Source: Lama glama (taxonomy: Eukaryota). From it: a DNA stretch of 64,000 nt. Under the pieces are notes generated by a model. The model ran no database searches, was not told the DNA's origin, and worked only from the letters and a program-made list of their open reading frames with translations. The position numbers and the translations under genes are program-made. Where the stretch lies: NCBI GenBank assembly GCA_028534125.1, contig CM052817.1, positions 68,016,001 through 68,080,000 on the forward strand, given 5' to 3'. Each line of letters opens with the position of its first letter. Positions within the stretch are counted from its first letter, which is position 1. This document shows, piece by piece, positions 37,001 through 50,459 of the stretch.

Positions 37001-37376
37001 AAGCACCTTTAGAAGATGAATTATGATGATACAAGATAAAGCTATTAAATAGAGTAATCAAGTCACATAAACTGATTTTGTGAAAATTCCTTCACAAATT
37101 TAGGATGCTTTCAACTCTCATAATGCCCGAGCGTCTCTCAGCCCCTCAAAGCCCCCTTTAGAGGTGCTGATAAAGCACAGACAGCGCACTAGGCTAAGCA
37201 GTGAAGAAGAAAAGGGAAGACGAGGAATGATGTCCGCCCATTAATATTTGCTTGAGCAGCAGGACAACAGAAACTCTGTCTTTTGTCTGAAATCGTGTGA
37301 GAAAATAGCTGGGTGATGTTAGAGAGATAGAATAAATATAAGCCAAAACTTGAGCTTAAATTGAAAATAAAAGCTG

Positions 37377-37450
37377 CGAAGATGGCAGAGTACTAGGACC
37401 ACGAACTGGCCTCTCCTCGTGACTACAACGAAACCACAACTGACTGCTAA
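37377..37450 (+). mobile_element. Short insertion resembling an isolated L1 5' terminus
   Basis: aagatggcagagta...cacaactgactgct plus short A run; TSD aaaataaaagctg (37364-37376) / aaaataaatgctg (37451-37463). Confidence 0.65.
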
Positions 37451-39850
37451 AAAATAAATGCTGATTCACAGGTTACCTAGTATTCTATGATTTAGGATTA
37501 AAAAAAAACATTTATACTGCAATCTCTTCAGTCTTTCAATTTGCGCCTACAGTTTTTTCTTGGGTCACTATAAAATAAGAGAGAAAAGAGAAGAAATGTG
37601 GAATATATTACGGTAACATGCAGGTAAAAGGAATGAGAAGTCATAAAAGAAAACACTCATAACTCTTAAAACTACAGAATGTACTTTACAAAATCTAGAT
37701 ACATAAGAGCTCTTCAGGTACTGGTGCTATCCAGTGTGAACAATATGCAAACATCCTTGGGGTAAACAGCTTCCATTCCCCCCTGTATACCTCATTCACC
37801 CTGGAAATAAACACAGAGCACGATGTCAGCTACCATTTTAGAGCATATGTCAATAATACTCACCTAGTCTTTAAAGATTTTAAAAACATTATGAAGCATT
37901 GTTGTATTTAAGATGAAGATAATATATGTATTCACTTTTTAATATAATGAAAGAAAGATCTTTTTTTCCTTCAAAACAAGCATTTCTTATCTTAATTATT
38001 CTAGTTTGATAATTTCCTCTCAACCTTAATAGGCCTCAGCGTTTCTGCATGCCTTTCTGTACAAGTCTACACAACAAGAATTTAGAAGATGTTGCCCAAA
38101 GTACAAAGTCATCTCCATTCTGGGTGCAAACAGAAATAAGGTGAAAACAGAATTAAAATGCTTCATTCTAATCCTTAAGAAACTCTAGAAGAAGTAAGGT
38201 ACTTAGCCTGTGAAATCTGGTTTCAAAACTGCTAGTTACAAATACTGCAAATTACTACAAAAATGAAGTGCTCAGTATAGTATGGACCATGGATGATAAT
38301 CACATCGAAATGAGTTCAAATCATAGTTCTACTACTTGTTAAACGTGCAGACTTGGGCAAATTATTTAAATCCTTTGAGATTCTTCTAAATTAAGAATAA
38401 TAATGTGTACTAGGACAGGCACCAGTGTTTGGCATATGTTAGGGAGTTTAAAATATTAATCACATTGCCAACAGTACTGGGCTATAGACTAGTTTCATCC
38501 TCAGCCTCTCCAGTTTAAAGGGACAGCTCTCAGTAGAGTGTCATGACCTTAGTGTGACACATCACAAATGAATCAGCTGGATGATCTGCTTTTGCTGGCT
38601 GTGGCAGCATTATATTATCAGTTCTCATTTGAGGAGCAGCTAATGTATTAAAAATTTTTAAACTTGGTATTTATTTATTTTTGTTACATATATATAAGAG
38701 AAATATGATAATAAAGAAACCCAGGGTAAAATAATGGACAGATAACAAATATATATGGTGCTGTCCTAGTAGACATTATTATGTACATATTATAGGCTCA
38801 ATCTCATATTTTAATTGTGGTTTTCAAGTTTTAGTTTTGACCCTGAGGCTATTTGTACTTCACCCTGTCAGACCCCTTCCTTTCTCAATTACAAGCAAGA
38901 CCGGCATAAAATCACTCTTGCTGTTCCATGTGCAGGAAAAGGTTTCAAACACACAGAAATTAAGAGAGGTTAAAACATGAGTTAATGAGTGTTAGTCAAT
39001 TCAGAAACGGTATATTTCCAGTTGGGATAAGAATGGAGGTCTAGGAAAAAACAAAGATCCTGAATAAGGATAAGCCTGAAAGGAAAAAGGCTAGAAAAAC
39101 AGGGGGAATAATTGGTCAAAGAATAATAACAGTGGCCATATATTCAACGCTCGATATGTGACAGCCAGATGCTTTAAGTAAATCTCATATACTGTCAACA
39201 ACCTCACAAGTAAGTATAATTACCTCCACGGACAGATGAGCAAACTGAAATTCAGAGAAGTTAAATGATCTACCCAAAGTCACTCAGTAGGAAGCAGCAC
39301 AGCCAGATGGCAAGCTGAAGTCTGTGACTCCAGAGGAAGTCAACTCTTCATCATACCAAGCTCTTCCTGCAACTTAAATTCTGGGACATCAAAACTTTGT
39401 TAGAGAGAGGGCAATTATCTTTCCCTTCCTTTGTACAAGACAGAACAAAAACTAGGTATAGAAACAGCTTATGTCCTTGATGAACACTCCCCTTCTTTAG
39501 TTTTTTTCCTGGTACTCAAATAAAAGAGAGATTTAAGAAAAAGAAGGAAGGGAGAAAGGGAAGATGGGAGGAAGAAGGAACCCCATAGGAAGTACTTTCT
39601 TAATCTGAAGTATCATTTGTCCGTCCACATTCCTTTCTTTCTCTCATTCCTCCTAGCAACATGAGGAGGAACAACTTAGACACAATCATATTGGACTGCC
39701 CTTTATATTCCAAAGAGCAAGAATAAAAAAATGAAACATATAAATTCAAGTCCCAATATATACATTGTGCTTTACACAAGCCTCTTTTAAATTCTAAGAA
39801 TTCCAATGACACACTGACTTACTTCTGTTTCTGGAAAGTTACAGACTTAC

Positions 39851-39977
39851 CATGAAACTTTGAGGCTTCGGGATCATTTACATTGATAGCAATTAATTTC
39901 CAATCTGTTTCACCCTGATCAATAAGAGCCAAAATCCCAAGGATCTTCACACGAATAACATCTCCACGAGAAAGGAC
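39851..39977 (-). CDS. PPA2: PPA2 coding exon 7 (127 nt): [42 protein letters not shown](D)
   Basis: ctttaaag| and |gtaagt boundaries; overlaps ORF 39819..40031; D-x-G-E-T-D-W-K active-site motif. Confidence 0.97.
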
Positions 39978-41178
39978 CTTTAAAGAGAAAAGAACCTCAA
40001 TATTTGCAAGGCTTTGGAAAAGTTTACTCACATATCATAAAAATCCATATGAAGGATTAAAAGCACTATAGACTGAAACTTAATAAAATTTAATAATTAA
40101 AAAATATTGTAAACACAGTCATAAAGCCTTTTATGATATCCTTTTTTAGAATAGGTATCTTGATCCCTTTTTGGAAATTGAAGTTACTTAGAGATCTTAA
40201 AATTTAATGTACTGGGCCTAGAAACTCACACTAAACAGAAAATAAACCCAAGTATATCATGGCATAATATATAAATCTGGCTTCTGCTGCTTAGGGGTAA
40301 AGAGACATGAGAATCCCTTGAAACTGCTCCACAGTAGCTTTTCTGCAAACCATATTTATCAGTTACCAGTAAAAGTAAATTTTTAACATATTCGAATATA
40401 GCCTTAAGAAGATAATGAGTGACAAAGAAATATATAAATATGTTAAAGATACAGACAAAGCAGGTTTCATAAAATGCTTTAAAGAGATTTTGAGGGAAAC
40501 CAAGAAACAGCATGATGTTGAAGCAGATGTTCCTTGTGCTAAAGAAAGTTATTTCAGTGGTTCCTTCCAGTTGCCAATGCCAAGTTTATATCCATGCATT
40601 CTTTCTATAGCCTTTTATTTTTAAAGGTCTAGTTAGCTATAGAATTTCACTGTAAGCTGAAATTTGAACACACGCCTCAGAATAATTCCTTCGTGGTTCA
40701 AAATGCAGCTTTACATTTGGAAATCGTGGCTCGCAAAAGAAATCCACTGTTGCGTTTTCAAATTATTTGAGAGAAAAAACCAGATCTTATACCATAACGT
40801 CAAATAAATCCTTGCAGAACATTTGCAAAATGAATCTAAAATCTTAATATAAACCTACATGAAGTTGTAATTAGTTTACACAACAGATTAGTGTGACTGT
40901 ATAAACTAAACTGAAATACCACTTTTGGGAAAATATGCGCGATTATATTAATCAGACTCGTACACGTTTAGGCTCCATTAAGTATCCAGCACTGTGTCAG
41001 ACACTGTGTGTACAAAAAGAAAGCATCCCCTTTCTTAAAGGTTTACAGTCTTGTTGGGGAGACTTACATACCTCATGCCAGGAGGTCCTTTATAAAACAA
41101 AAGTGTTCAAAGTCAAAGTTACCACACACTCATCAATGAAAGGCTGGCTATACTGATTTACACAGTGATAGACTGGAT

Positions 41179-41370
41179 CACTGGTTCCCAACCAGAGGCA
41201 ATTTTGCCCTCTAGAGGACATCTGGCAATGTCTGGGGACATTTGTGGCTGTCACGACTCAGGAGGTATTATCAGCACCTAGCAGAAGACGCCAGGGATGC
41301 TGCACAGGACTGTCTCCTGTAACAGAATCATCCACCTGGAATGTCAACAGTGCCAAAGCTGGGGAGCCTG
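41179..41370 (+). mobile_element. MER20 hAT-Charlie MITE
   Basis: ggcaattttgccctctagaggacatctggcaatgtctggggacattt...aatgtcaacagtgccaa. Confidence 0.85.
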
Positions 41371-42746
41371 CGGAGACTCCGCTGGCAGGGGTGTCAATCA
41401 GAGTTACTGGGGATCACATATAGCTTTTCAAGGCATATTCTGAATTGTTTTATTTTTATTCATAATTATTTTGAAATTTCATACAGCATGAGAGCAGATT
41501 TGAGACTTTTATAGTTACAAGGGCAAGCAAGAAGCATGTCTGGGGATTATCACGTTGCATCAGAATGATAAATGCCCTCTGATCTCATAAGCAACAGAAA
41601 GGGATTAGACACACCCCTGCCTTGCTATATAACACCTTTAAAAACTGGAAAGGAAATTCTCTCAAACCAAAAACTCAGGATAAGATACTTAGGAACAAAT
41701 GGTAAAATTCTTAAGAACACCCTACAACTCAATTTGGTCTAGAGCAGTTCAACAAATTTATGCAGAACACATCTGGTTAGATACCAAATGAATAATACTT
41801 CTCAAAGAACTTATACCTTAAAAACTTCTATGCCTGTGATTCTAAGTCTATTATGAAATTCCAGGACTCTGCTCCTTTCCCTTTGCCCATTCACAAATGT
41901 GGTGTTAAAAGAGGCTTTCTTCTACGATGCTCCTTACAGATGACTTAAGGACTAGCCAGGCATAGCCAGGCACAAGACAAAGGAGCGCAGTCCCAACGAA
42001 GACCTACTGTTTAGAGGGCGGTTACGTACTTTCTTCATATTTACTAAATATTATTTCAGGTCTCATTAACTAAAGGAATAAACTGCTTGCATATAAGATG
42101 AATCCTATTTTCTCAGTTCCATTCTAAAACTCTCAGTCTACTCTGTGAGGAAATTAACGTACACAGCAGATTCTGTTACTAATTCCCTGGGAGTTACACA
42201 GCTGACCACGTTTCAAAAATGAGCTAACATTCCGAAACAAGAACATACACATGCCTCAAAGGTTTTAAGCAGAATCAGAATAAGGTTATTATAGACTTTT
42301 CCAGCTATTCTAAAAGCATTTCAAAAGATATGATTTTTAAGTCACAAATACGTGGGGTCGAATTCTTCCTCCACCATTCCTAGAAGGCGCCTGAGGCCAA
42401 TTTCTTCACACAGTATTGTAGGACTTAGTTTCTCAACAGTAAAATGAAGATTGTATCACTTATTCCTTGATGTAAAGATGAAGAGCAAAAGAAACCACAG
42501 ATGCATGAACAAGAACGTAAGAGGTCCCCTCCAGACGGTATCTGTTCTCTCTGGGCTCTGCAGGTACTTGGCAGCTCACATTTCTCAACTGCTAACTCTT
42601 GGGGACCTGGACCGAGCAGAATAGAACAGTGGCCCGCAAAAGAAGTTCTGTGCTGATTCAGAATCCGAAGAATGAAGTAAAACTTCAACTGGACCCAGTC
42701 AATATAAAAAACCATGGAAACTAAAATTGCTTAAAGCCTGTTATCC

Positions 42747-43329
42747 TGTATATTAGGTTTTTACTGTCACGTAACAAATTATTATAAACCTAAAGGCTTA
42801 AAAGAGTGTAAATTTATTATCTCACAGTTTCCATGGGTCAGGAATCCAGGCACAGCATGGCTAGGTTCTCTGCTTATGGCCTGACAAGGCTGAAATCAAG
42901 GTGCTGGCCAGGCTGGGCTTTGATCTGAAGGTTCTAAAGGAGAATCCCCTCAAATTCAGTTCTTTGCAGTTGCAGGTCTGAGGTCCCCCTTAACTTGCTG
43001 GATGTCAAGCAGGGACTGCTCTCTGCAACTAGAAGCCAACCGCATTCCTTTTCACCTGCCCTCTTACCTCCATCTTCAAACCAGCAATAGTATATCAGTT
43101 CCTCTCACAATCCCAGCCTCTGACTTCTGCCACCAGCCAGAGAAAACTCCTTGCTCTTAAGGGCTCGTGTAATTACCATGGACCTGCATGGGAAATTCAG
43201 GATAATCTTCCTACTTAAAGTAATTGTGCTGTATAAAATAATATAATTAAGGGAGTAACATCTTACCATATTCACAGATTCCAGAGACTGACAACTTTGA
43301 GGGCTATTTTAGGAACTCTGCCTACCACA
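42747..43329 (-). mobile_element. ERVL-MaLR solo LTR (MLT1-like)
   Basis: TG...CA ends; aaatttattatctcacagtttccatgggtcaggaatcc, aaggctgaaatcaaggtgctggc, ctgcctaccaca. Confidence 0.85.
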
Positions 43330-44351
43330 GGCAGCTATCCCAAAAGAAACTAAAAAGAAAAGGCTACATTCAGGAAAACCTTTAACTTTATCAACTTTAT
43401 CTAACAGGAAACAAACTGGAAAAAATTTACAACAAAATTAAAATGTTTACATATTTATCCAAAAAAGAAGAAAACATGGAAAGATTAAAATAATATGATT
43501 TATTGGGAGAGCAGGATTGTGAGGGAAGGTTTATACTTAACCTCTATGACTATAACTAATTAAAATTTTCTTGAAAAACATATTATTGAAAGAAAGAAGT
43601 CCTAAAAATTGAAGCAATCTGGGTCAAAGATAAGAATAAAACCAGGCAAAAATAAGAAACCTGTTTCCATGGAAGGAAAAAAAGTGTTTTAGTAATTACT
43701 GGGTTTACATAGTAGCAAGACCTATAAAATGATAAGTTCTAAAATAAAATATATTTTATTTACTGGCAATGGCAGTACACAAAAACCCTTTTTTTCCCTT
43801 TTATATAACATCTAATTATTTCATCATTCTAGGATGTCTGCCCTTCTCTTGGTAGCTCTTGGTCCGTAAGAATTTCTCCTATACCTCGCAATATTCTGAT
43901 CAGCATTAAACCAGAAGTATATTCGCTTGGTCATTTCTAATTAATATTACATTTACACAAAATACAACAATAATTAGTCAATATATTTTTCAGTAATAAT
44001 GTACTAAACACCTACTATGTATCAACTTTCCTACATAAAATACAAAAGTATACTTTCAAGATTAATTATATGTATCTTATTAAAAATCACTTACATTTGA
44101 AAATTTTAATTTTGATCCACTTATTTAGTGACTTTGACAGGTTTATTTAAAAGTCTGTATATCAAGTTTTCTTGGATTCATTTGCTTTTTCAATAATGAA
44201 TTAGTATTACTAAGTCAAATAAATTTATCAGGTACATAGATTTTCATATGATTTCCAGTTACCAATTTCATTAATTACATGCTCACTGACAAATTTTTAC
44301 AAAAGTGAAAATAAGACATTTTCATTTAATCTTTTCACTCACCCTTAATAT

Positions 44352-44851
44352 NNNNNNNNNNNNNNNNNNNNNNNNNNNNNNNNNNNNNNNNNNNNNNNNN
44401 NNNNNNNNNNNNNNNNNNNNNNNNNNNNNNNNNNNNNNNNNNNNNNNNNNNNNNNNNNNNNNNNNNNNNNNNNNNNNNNNNNNNNNNNNNNNNNNNNNNN
44501 NNNNNNNNNNNNNNNNNNNNNNNNNNNNNNNNNNNNNNNNNNNNNNNNNNNNNNNNNNNNNNNNNNNNNNNNNNNNNNNNNNNNNNNNNNNNNNNNNNNN
44601 NNNNNNNNNNNNNNNNNNNNNNNNNNNNNNNNNNNNNNNNNNNNNNNNNNNNNNNNNNNNNNNNNNNNNNNNNNNNNNNNNNNNNNNNNNNNNNNNNNNN
44701 NNNNNNNNNNNNNNNNNNNNNNNNNNNNNNNNNNNNNNNNNNNNNNNNNNNNNNNNNNNNNNNNNNNNNNNNNNNNNNNNNNNNNNNNNNNNNNNNNNNN
44801 NNNNNNNNNNNNNNNNNNNNNNNNNNNNNNNNNNNNNNNNNNNNNNNNNNN
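44352..44851. other. Assembly gap (500 N)
   Basis: Run of N. Confidence 1.
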
Positions 44852-44899
44852 GGGACCGGCACTAAAAAAGAGAAAAGCAGGAAGAGAGTCTGGAATAAA

Positions 44900-45900
44900 T
44901 GACAGGAGGGAAAATAAGGCTCAGCAGGGAAACTGGTCAGTAGTAGGAGTAATTCAAGTGGGATGTAACTGGGGACAGACAAGGCTAGCTGCGGTGATAA
45001 TGGAAGGCTATTCAGAACAGAATCAGGACTTCGTGATCAATGGGACAAAGGGAAGCCAAAGATGCCCCAAGACACCTCAGCTTAGCTTAAGAATCTAGAG
45101 GTGAGGAGGGAAGGGGGACAGGTGTCATAAGAGGAAATAGTGAATTCAGTTTTGTACACTGAGTTTGAGATGCATGGGAGACACCTGCATGTAGATGTCG
45201 GTGGCTGAGAACATAGGTCTGAGCTGGAGACATTAATTAGACAGCAAAATCAGGAATGCTAGGGATTGGATCACCAAGGCAGTCCCCACGTGAGGAGAGG
45301 AAGAGTTGAACAAGGGCACAACCCTCAAGCTAAACAATGCTCAAGGGGCAGCAGAAGAAAAGGAGGTTACCAAAGAAACCAAGCAGGAACCAGAATTAGA
45401 GGATGTCCAAGATACTATGATATAATCAGTCAGGTGAAGAGACTGTTTTAAGAAGGAAGACAAGGTTAAAGGTATAAAATCCTAAGGTAAATTCAAGTTA
45501 GACAAAACCTATGAAACAGGCCTGTTGGACTTGGTTAAAAGAAAGTGACCAGCGGCCTCAGTAAGAGCAGTTTCATTGAAATGACGGGGGGTATGGAAAC
45601 AATTTTGAAATAAGATGAAGAACAAGGGGGAAGGAGGAGAAAGCTCAGTGTTGAAACTCTTCACAAGTCTTCTTATGAAAAGGAAGAAAAGAGGAGGCAT
45701 GTGGGACAAAGCCAATAAAGAAAAAGAAGTTGTAAATATGGGACAAAGAAGAGCTAAGAAAATACCGTCACTCAAGAGGCAGGAGGCGACAGGATGTGGA
45801 GCACAGAGGGGAAACCCGGGTCTTGGATAAAAACCAGCCCTGGTCTCATAGTAACAGAAGGAAGGGAAGAAACAGTGTTTGCAGACATAGGTGTCTGGCA
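44900..45900. mobile_element. Decayed L2 fragment(s)
   Basis: gtgaattcagttttgtacactgagtttgagatgc; taagagcagtttcattgaaatga. Confidence 0.55.
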
Positions 45901-46150
45901 GTCTAAGGGGAAAAGGAGTTTAATGTCTGCAGAGAACAATAAACATTAGCAATAAATACAGCAGAAAACAGGAGACAGGATGGACCAAAGACACTCAGAA
46001 GGCTATGGCAGCAGCAACCGATGGAATTGGAGGTTTTGTCTGTCCCCACTGGGACCTGGCGACCTGGAAGCGTGCACAAGAAAAGAGTATGAGCTGACTT
46101 TCATCAGTGTTGAACCTCCTGTCTGGAAAAACGGGGCAGGAATTAGAAGA

Positions 46151-46361
46151 CAGGACTCAGCAAACCTCTCCTGTAAAAGCTCAGGTAGTGAAGGCTTCAG
46201 GCCTTGCAGACTGTATGTTCTCTGCTGCCCTCCTCAAGCGCGCGCGGTTGTGGTGCAGGAGCAGCTGTAGGCTATGGTAATGACAACCCACAGCTCTGCC
46301 GTTTCTAAAAACAGGTGGTGAGTTGGATTTGACTGGCCTGGGCTATAGCTCACCAACCCCG
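46151..46361 (-). mobile_element. MER58A-like MITE (opposite orientation to 22045-22267)
   Basis: caggactcagcaaacctctcctgtaaaag ... ctatagctcaccaacccc. Confidence 0.7.
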
Positions 46362-46517
46362 AGTTTAAGAGAAGGAAGTAAAGATACAAAAGAGGGCTGA
46401 TATCAGAGGGATCGATAGGCTAGAACTTTGAAGGGGCGGTGCCTTCCAATGAGAACTGAAATTCCACGGCATGAACACAGCAGAACACGTTACAATTCCA
46501 CAGCCTATGACACAAAC

Positions 46518-46604
46518 CTTGGAGCCGACTTCACAGACGTCGATAGGATCATTATCTCCACAGCAGTCTGTGCTCTTATCTTTTCGACTGGGATCTTCCC
46601 AAGT
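46518..46604 (-). CDS. PPA2: PPA2 coding exon 6 (87 nt): [29 protein letters not shown]
   Basis: ttcttag| and |gtttgt boundaries; contains the D-N-D-P-I-D-V metal-binding signature of soluble inorganic pyrophosphatases. Confidence 0.97.
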
Positions 46605-49149
46605 CTAAGAAAAAGAGGGGTGGGGGAAGCAAAGATGTAGGTTAATACTCACTGTAATGTATCTTAATCTTTCCACGTGATCATGAAGTTTTACAGATAG
46701 CCACGATCCAAGGGGAGAATTCTCAGAAATTCAACAGGTTCAATGTCAACAGGCCAGTACATCCCTAAGCATCATAATAATTAAAGCAGATTTATACTAT
46801 TTCCTCCCTCTGTCTCCTGTTTGTCTGTGTGTTTCCACACAGACTCCTCCTCCAGGTTTAGTCAATGTCTAAGTTCACGCTCACTTTTACTAGAGCTTCA
46901 GTTCAGATGCTCCCGCTGTCTCTGCCCTTGTTTCCAGGGTCTAGACTGATGTCTCCACCATGCACCGCTTCCCCTGGCACGGCACCAGGACTGGGTATGG
47001 CTTTCCAGATTTGAAAATAAACTTCCTGTACTTTAAATGACTTCTACTAGAATAAACCCGGTTCTCCCTTCAAGAACAAGACAGCTCTACCAAAAAAAGA
47101 AAAATCGTTTTTGCCCCATTTCATTCCATTTTAAAAATCCTCTACCTTTGTTATCAAAGCTCAAGACTTGGACGAAAAAGTGAAAACATGCCAACTCTTC
47201 AGTTTACTGAAAAACTACACCCTGTCGCCTACAAAATACATCCATGGGCATTTTTATCAACAAATAACGTAACAGAACTTTGTTATCAAATCTAAATATC
47301 CCCTAGACACTATCCTTCCCCAAAGCCTCATAGTGAGCTGATTTTAAATGGAACTAAGGATGTTCCCTGAAGTTACTTCTCTCAGATTTACACTTACAAG
47401 ACGTGCAGAGACTATGATATCTCAAGAATGCTCTCTAGAATTTCAGACTATCCAAGCTTGGCTCCTCTAATTTTATAAAGATAATTTAAAATGGATCCTT
47501 ATTTATAACTAAATCCTAGATAAACTACTGTATTTTTTCTTCTGATCCTAATTATAGCATATTCAGGAATAAACTGATCCATCCTCACCAAAAAAATTTT
47601 AAAAAAATCAGCAAACCAAGTCTAATAACATTTCACTACCCCAGATACTAACATTACCAATAAAAACATAAGAATAATAAATATAACTGTTAATCTTACA
47701 TACTGGTTATAGTTGAGAGACACCCTTCTAAGTGACACACACAGACTTACACACACATGTACTCCATGATGAAGAATGTACCGTTAGTAACCCCATTGTA
47801 CAGATAAGTACACCGAAGCACAGAGAGTTTAAATTCATCCAAGCTCAGTTTCTAAATGCTGGCAATGGTATTAGAACACGTGCTATTAATCATTATGTTA
47901 TGATGCCCAAGTTTTGATAACAATAGTAGTTGAATGGCAATTACTTTTGGATATAATCTTATTCATGATTCTCTTCTTTTAATACCTTCTGTTACTCTTA
48001 GAATCTCCTAAGTATATTTTCCTACAGAGATTCTGTTCTTTCCCATTGTTCCCCTTACTACTTCTTGTATTCTATTACCAGGTATGCATTCATTGAGTAA
48101 AGACTTACTGATGACCTACTCTGGGCCAGGAGATAGATACAGGACATAGTCAACACCCTGAAGAACATCATGTTAAAAATGGGGTAGCTTTCGTCAGAAA
48201 TGCTACAAAATCAACCTTAATGTGCTGGAGAAACCAAGATGGGATTGAGGTATAATTGGAATCAGTAAACCTAGAAGCAGAAGCAGAAAAGGGCTGAGAG
48301 GTTCCTCCTTCCTAATGCAGGAACCCTTTCTCAAATCTTCCTGAATCTCACTCCCACTCTCAGAAGAGCAAATGTCACAGGCTACAAGTCACTCTGGCCT
48401 CAAGGAAGACATTTAGATTCTAGTCCTACTTTAGCCAGAAACTACCTTGGCCAAAACATCCAGACCTCAGTTTTCTCACCTACAAAAGAATGGCTTAAAT
48501 AAGACAACTGCTGGATACATCCTAGCCCTGAATTCTGTGACTGTTAGTGGTCATTCATAATCTGCACAAATACTACCAGTGAACAGGAAGCGCTCAGATT
48601 CACAAGATAACTTAGCCCATTTTGATCAGTGTTAATTTTTACAAAAGTCCTTCCTTGTACCGACACAAAAACTGTCTTCATGCAAGTTGTACTCCATTTG
48701 GTTTTGGTGGGTTTCTCTGTTGATTGATTGGTCTAAATTCCCTTCAGAACTCCACTTTCAATATTAACCTATCAACTTAGTTTCTTCTGTTGAGGAAATA
48801 AGTAGATACATACAAAATTCTTATGTTATAACCATGTTGTCAATTTTAGGGCCAGTTCTTCATGATTTCCCTTACCAGCAGAAACACCAACTGGCTCTTT
48901 CTATTTCCAGTCCTGCCTGAAAGGACTTCATATCTCCAGGGCTTGGTTTTTCACTACAAAAAGAGATTCATACTAAATGACTCCTAACTTAATTTGGAAA
49001 TATAGTATAATTTCAAGCAATCACCAGGAGAGGAAATCTTGACAAATTAAAACTTTAATTACTCCCTCTAGTGGAGCTTTAAGTGTACAACTAGGCAGAG
49101 AAACAACTGGAAAAGCAGTCAGGTTGGAAAAGAAATAACCAGAAAAGGA

Positions 49150-49700
49150 ATTTCCAAATCTTAGTATCTGTTTCACAAAAGGGACAAAAGATTAGCATCC
49201 AGAATTTAGAAATAACTTCTACAACTAAGAAAAAAGGCAACTCAATACAAAATGGGTCAAAGACAGGAACAGGTAATTCAAAGAAGAAATATGAATGATT
49301 TATAAATAGATGAAAAGATACCCAGTCTGATCACAGAAATGCAAATTAAAACCAAAATGAGACACTATTTAAAAAACTTAAAAGTCTGATAATGCCAAAT
49401 ACTGTTAATGAGGTAAGGCATCTGGAACCCTACTGCTGGTGGGAGAATATATCGTTACGACGTCTTTTGTAAACAATTTGGGAATACCTAATAAAGTAAA
49501 ATAGGTGTGTAACTCACAATTTAGCAATCTGACTCAGGTATATACATAGCAGTATATACCCACATATACAAGGTACATAGAATAATTTTAGTATGGACCC
49601 AAAAAAAGCAAAAAGTTAAAAACAACTTATTAACAGGAATACAAATAATGTTAAAGTCATACAAAGGACAGCTATAAAGCTATAAAAATAAATAAATCAG
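49150..49700 (+). mobile_element. Old L1 (L1ME-like) ORF2 3' fragment
   Basis: cagaaatgcaaattaaaaccaaaatgagacacta...aaagtctgataatgccaa. Confidence 0.7.
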
Positions 49701-50459
49701 ATTATTGATCTAGCCTAAGACATATCTTACTCATCTTCATGCAGATGTTTGAGATCATTACCTTACAGTCTTATGAATATTAACCAATGCGTCTGTAATC
49801 ACCATGCTCTGGTCCTTTGGTCTCTCTGAAAAAAATCACTGAATTGTACAGAGTTGTATATGCTTCTTGAGAACTACTTCCTGATCAGTCAGGATTCCTA
49901 TTCCAAGTCAAAAGAAGTAAGTTCTACTCAGGCACTACCTGCACTTTATCAGCTTTAATTTGGAGCAAAAGACTCTACCAGCTGTTTTGCTATTAACAGC
50001 TAATATCAGTAGCAACAGTATCATCATCAAGATAATACTGCTGACACTCACCACGGGTTAGTGAGTTAACATTGTTCAGGCAGGTCTTCTAAATATTCAT
50101 GCAGAAAGTCAGAACTTGAATAATGTATGAGATATATCAACAAGTGGAAAAAGATGAACAAAGATGATTTTTGCCCAGTCCAAACTCAAACTTCGAGGAA
50201 GGCATTGTTGCTAGTGCAGGAGAAGTTATTATCTAGACAGCTGAAGGTCTGAAATAATGAGGGCACACTGATGAATCACAAGCTAAGTGGAGAGGCTTCT
50301 ACTTAAACAGTATTCTGCTGCTTAAATGTTCTTCTAAGCATGGTTGGCTTGGTAACTTCTCTGAACAAATTTCCTGCAGTTACAAGACAAATCATAAGAG
50401 AAGAGCAAAATCCAACTACCTATATACATGCCTATGAACCAAAGGCAACACATATAATG

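Noticed and set aside
44305..44982. Long ORFs across the second gap
   Set aside because: N-run artefacts. Exons 6 and 7 join in frame, so no PPA2 coding exon needs to be in the gap.
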